Source of the DNA: Candidatus Sigynarchaeum calidifontis
GTDB lineage: Archaea > Asgardarchaeota > Lokiarchaeia > Sigyniarchaeales > Sigyniarchaeaceae
Assembly: GCA_030587475.2 (NCBI GenBank)
Contig: JAUQYZ020000125.1
Location: 1-19,706 of the forward strand
DNA length: 19,706 nt
Direction: 5' to 3'
Under the pieces are notes generated by a model, which was not told where the DNA came from, made no database searches, and worked only from the letters and a program-made list of their open reading frames with translations. Shown one piece after another: positions 16,801-19,706 of the stretch. Position 1 is the stretch's first letter; every line of letters begins with the position of its first letter. Made by a program: the position numbers and the translations under genes.

Positions 16801-16907
16801 TCCCTGATCAGCTCGCTCTTTTCCACGTCGACGCCGGGCCACCACCAGCGCACCATGGGGCGGTATTTCTTCGGTGGTGCGGCGATGTTTTCCAAGAGAT
16901 CAGACAT
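13836..16907 (-). CDS. Glycoside hydrolase family 106-like (alpha-L-rhamnosidase-like) with C-terminal GH2-type beta-sandwich
   Basis: [88 protein letters not shown]...PPYRVNVT...[9 protein letters not shown], GLIGP; start ATG 16907 or GTG 16916. Confidence 0.82.
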   Translation of the reverse strand: [1023 protein letters not shown]

Positions 16908-17141
16908 GCCCTTCACGATCCGCGTTATTATCTATCATTTCCTATCAAGAGGAATTAACGATTGTGTCTTGAGAGGATGAAAGGACGAATGTGCGATGCT
17001 CGATAGGATTTTCCCCATTTCACGAGAGCATAGTTGAGCTTTGTTTCGTTATTGGTACCTTGAAGTTATCCCGCTGCCTTTTTTGTCGAAACTGCCGGGA
17101 CGAGCTTGGAAAGCGCCCTGGGAAGTCTTAACAAGAGAATA

Positions 17142-17231
17142 GCATGTTATATATACATGCGAGTGAAACACACTATCGCGGATATCATTAGATGGCAACA
17201 TGACGATGTTACGACATTTTAATTCAAAATG
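17142..17231 (+). promoter_or_regulatory. Promoter/operator region of the amino-acid ABC operon
   Basis: TTATATA box embedded in GCATGT-N7-ACATGC (17142-17160); further dyads AACAT-N4-ATGTT (17197-17210) and CATTTT-N5-AAAATG (17215-17231). Confidence 0.5.
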
Positions 17232-17286
17232 CAATATCAATGACACCTTCTAGCCAATTTGTTCGCCCAACTGGCACGTGAAACAC

Positions 17287-18105
17287 ATGGCCTCGCGCAA
17301 TCTCCTCAAGATCGTCATCGTGACGATCATTTGCTCCGGGTTGACGAATTCCGGGGTTTTTCTGTTCCTTTATTATGTTGAAAACAATCCGAATGAAACA
17401 ACGCTCGAGCGCGTGATGCGGAAGGGCGTGATACGACTTGGAACCAGCCCGGACTATCCGCCTTTCGAGTCGATACAACAGACCGGTCAAGGCTTAACCG
17501 TAGTAGGTTTTGACATCGAGCTCGCCAAGCTCCTCGTCGCCAACCTTTCCCAGCATTTGAATCGAGAAGTCAAGCTCGAGATCGAGGCCGGTTTCTTCAA
17601 CGCGCTCATGGCCGGGTTGCAATCAAATTCCTATGACATTGTCATCGCGGCTTTCGCCATCCGGCCGGAACGCGAGCTCCAGGTCGATTTTTCGGTGCCG
17701 TATTACTACAGCCAGCAATGCTGCCTGGTGCGGGCCAACGATTACAGCATCGCCAACGAGTCTGACCTCGCAACGAAGAAGCTCGCCGTGCAAACGGGGA
17801 CATCAGGGGAGGAACTCGCGGGCGGTATCGCGTGTGCGGGAAAGCAATCCTTCCCCACGGTCGACATGATACTGATCGACATCATGAAAGGCGATTCCGA
17901 CGCGGCGATCATCGACATCCCGGTCGCACAACACTTGGCAAGAGCAGGCAACGTGAAGATCGCCTTTAACTTTACCCAGCCCCCTGAAGGGTTCGGGGTC
18001 GCGATGCGTGAAGGGGAAGGGGGGTCCATCATCATGGGCGTCTTCAACAGCACGATCGCCTGGTTAAACGCCACGGGACAGCTACAAACCCTTTTTAACA
18101 CGTGA
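17287..18105 (+). CDS. Polar amino-acid ABC transporter substrate-binding protein (family 3), N-terminally TM-anchored
   Basis: IRLGTSPDYPPFE, VGFDIELAK, ERELQVDFSVPYY, LAVQTGTSGE, DAAIID; start ATG 17287 or GTG 17278. Confidence 0.9.
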   Translation: MASRNLLKIVIVTIICSGLTNSGVFLFLYYVENNPNETTLERVMRKGVIRLGTSPDYPPFESIQQTGQGLTVVGFDIELAKLLVANLSQHLNREVKLEIEAGFFNALMAGLQSNSYDIVIAAFAIRPERELQVDFSVPYYYSQQCCLVRANDYSIANESDLATKKLAVQTGTSGEELAGGIACAGKQSFPTVDMILIDIMKGDSDAAIIDIPVAQHLARAGNVKIAFNFTQPPEGFGVAMREGEGGSIIMGVFNSTIAWLNATGQLQTLFNT

Positions 18106-18128
18106 GATAGGAACGGGAACCGAATGAA

Positions 18129-19172
18129 GTGAACAAAGGAACGTATATCATGATGAAAAACAACAAGGGCATGTTTTCGATAATCCTTGCCATCCTCGCA
18201 TTCTTCATGGGATGGCCGTTCTTTATCTACCCTTCGAACCCAACTGGCGAATTGGAATTCTTGTTAGTGGCAGGCGTTCAAGTCGCATGCTATGCCATCG
18301 GCATACTGGCAATTGTCCTCGCCATCTTGTCGATCGCGAAGCGGGAACCAGGCCGCAATGATGCAATGCTGGCCCTGGTCCTTGGGTGCATTGGCATCGC
18401 CCGCCCCGCAATCGCTTTTCTCATCTCGGCACTTGGTGGATCGGAAGGGAAATTCTTGATAGAAACGGCGATTCCCCGGTTCAGCCAAGGATTCGGGACG
18501 ACGGTCACCATCGCGGCCTTCGGTATCTTGATCGGTTTTTTGCTTGGCATCGCCGCCGGGATAGGCCGGTCGTTTGGGAATAGCTTCGTTCGCGGCGTGA
18601 GTGCCGTGTACGTGGAGATCGTGCGTGGTGTACCGCTCATCGTCCAGATCCTCATCTGGCGATATGCCTTCTCAGGCTTGTACACGGGCATAGAGATGTT
18701 GTTGGATGCAGTTTTCGGACACCCCGTTGATATCCCTGATGGCATGATCGCTGCCATCCTTGCCATCGGCATCAATTCTGGCGGGTACCAGGCGGAGATC
18801 ATTCGGGCGGGTGTCAACGCCTTGCCCGTCGGCCAGACCGAGGCCGGCTTGTCCCTCGGCATGCGAAAGAAACAGGTCATATCGGCCATCTTGTTGCCAC
18901 AAGCGCTCCGGCTTGCCATCCCGCCGCTCATCAACGAGTTCGTCATCGTGATCAAGGACACGAGCCTCGCACTCGCCATCGGCATCCTCGAGCTGGCCGG
19001 TATTGCCCAGAGCCTCACGTCGCAATTTCCGGGCAGCGTCTTCACCATATACATCACCAACGCGGTCGTGTACTGGATAATCTGCACCATGGTCGCGATT
19101 CTCTCGCGGGTGGCCGAGAAGCGCCTCGCGATCGCAGGTATCGGAGTCAAAGGGAGGAAAAGCTTGCTGTGA
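18129..19172 (+). CDS. Polar amino-acid ABC transporter permease (HisM/GlnP family) with N-terminal TM extension
   Basis: YVEIVRGVPLIVQI, EAA loop YQAEIIRAGVNALPVGQTEAGLSLGM, LPQALRLAIPPLINE, IKDTSL; start may be ATG 18150. Confidence 0.9.
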   Translation: MNKGTYIMMKNNKGMFSIILAILAFFMGWPFFIYPSNPTGELEFLLVAGVQVACYAIGILAIVLAILSIAKREPGRNDAMLALVLGCIGIARPAIAFLISALGGSEGKFLIETAIPRFSQGFGTTVTIAAFGILIGFLLGIAAGIGRSFGNSFVRGVSAVYVEIVRGVPLIVQILIWRYAFSGLYTGIEMLLDAVFGHPVDIPDGMIAAILAIGINSGGYQAEIIRAGVNALPVGQTEAGLSLGMRKKQVISAILLPQALRLAIPPLINEFVIVIKDTSLALAIGILELAGIAQSLTSQFPGSVFTIYITNAVVYWIICTMVAILSRVAEKRLAIAGIGVKGRKSLL

Positions 19173-19706
19173 TCGCGCTTAGAACCAGTCCCGCACAAGA
19201 AGTTCCGATTATCCAAGTGGATAACTTGCACCTCTCGTACAACGTGGGCACGGCCGAGGAGTTGCATGTCATCAAGGGCATGAGTTTCGCCGTGCAGAAA
19301 GGCGAGGTCATCTGCGTACTTGGCCCATCGGGAACTGGCAAATCCTCCCTTATCCGTTGCTTGAACGGGCTCACGGTGCCACAAGAAGGCCGGATCTTGA
19401 TCAACGGGCGGGTGCTGGACCCGCAAGACAAGAACATCTCTACCTTGCGCAGGGATATCGGATTCGTCTTCCAGCATTTTGAATTATTCCCGCACATGTC
19501 AGTCTTGAACAACGTGTCGCTTGCCCTCCGGAAGGTGAAAAAAGTCCCGGCGCGCCTCGCGGAAGAAAAGGCCTTGAAGGCCTTGGACCAGGTAGGCTTG
19601 GCCGACAAGGCGCACGCCAGCCCCGCGGAGCTGTCGGGCGGCCAGAAGCAGCGCGTCGCCATTGCCCGTGCCCTCGCCCAGGAGCCGCAGATCATCTTGT
19701 TCGACG
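19169..19706 (+). CDS. Polar amino-acid ABC transporter ATP-binding protein (GlnQ family), 3' truncated by the window edge
   Basis: Not in the ORF track. GTGA overlap with the permease stop, GGAGG RBS; translates to GEVICVLGPSGTGKSSLIRCLNGL...IGFVFQHFELFPHMSVLNNV...ELSGGQKQRVAIARALAQEPQIILFD. Confidence 0.92.
   Translation, partial: MIALRTSPAQEVPIIQVDNLHLSYNVGTAEELHVIKGMSFAVQKGEVICVLGPSGTGKSSLIRCLNGLTVPQEGRILINGRVLDPQDKNISTLRRDIGFVFQHFELFPHMSVLNNVSLALRKVKKVPARLAEEKALKALDQVGLADKAHASPAELSGGQKQRVAIARALAQEPQIILFD

Noticed and set aside
16917-17286. Possible ncRNA, tRNA, CRISPR array or small ORF in the longest intergenic region
   Set aside because: No cloverleaf, repeat-spacer periodicity or credible coding signal; only short dyads
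18103-18132. TGA at the position where family-3 binding proteins often have a terminal Trp, suggesting recoding or read-through
   Set aside because: TGG encodes Trp throughout and TGA is a normal stop in coupled overlaps; read-through would add only 9 residues

Overview
Gene-dense prokaryotic window, most likely archaeal and plausibly Asgard (Lokiarchaeia-like). This is inferred from TTTAAATA/TTATATA boxes, GGTGA/GAGGTG ribosome-binding sites, an IPG-TM-basic C-terminal sorting-type tail and an archaeal double winged-HTH regulator. In order, it holds: the end of a MacB/LolCDE-type ABC permease and its ATPase (with a C-terminal Zn-ribbon-like tail); a coupled PKD surface protein / DUF4430-like / ECF S-component operon (probable corrinoid capture); sua5, whose conserved frame has no canonical start codon; a C69 secernin-like peptidase; a stand-alone HgdC-type activator; a divergent GH57; a two-gene module of paralogous membrane-anchored ectodomains; two glutaredoxin-fold paralogues flanking a ParB/Srx-like gene; an M24 peptidase; a GH106-like glycosidase; and a polar amino-acid ABC transporter. 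The best candidate for an undescribed system is the ectodomain pair (9303-11378): one partner has an HFS autoproteolysis-type motif, the other is fused to a cytoplasmic double wHTH transcription factor. No RNA genes, CRISPR arrays or mobile elements were recognised. All family assignments come from motif recognition by eye, not database searches.
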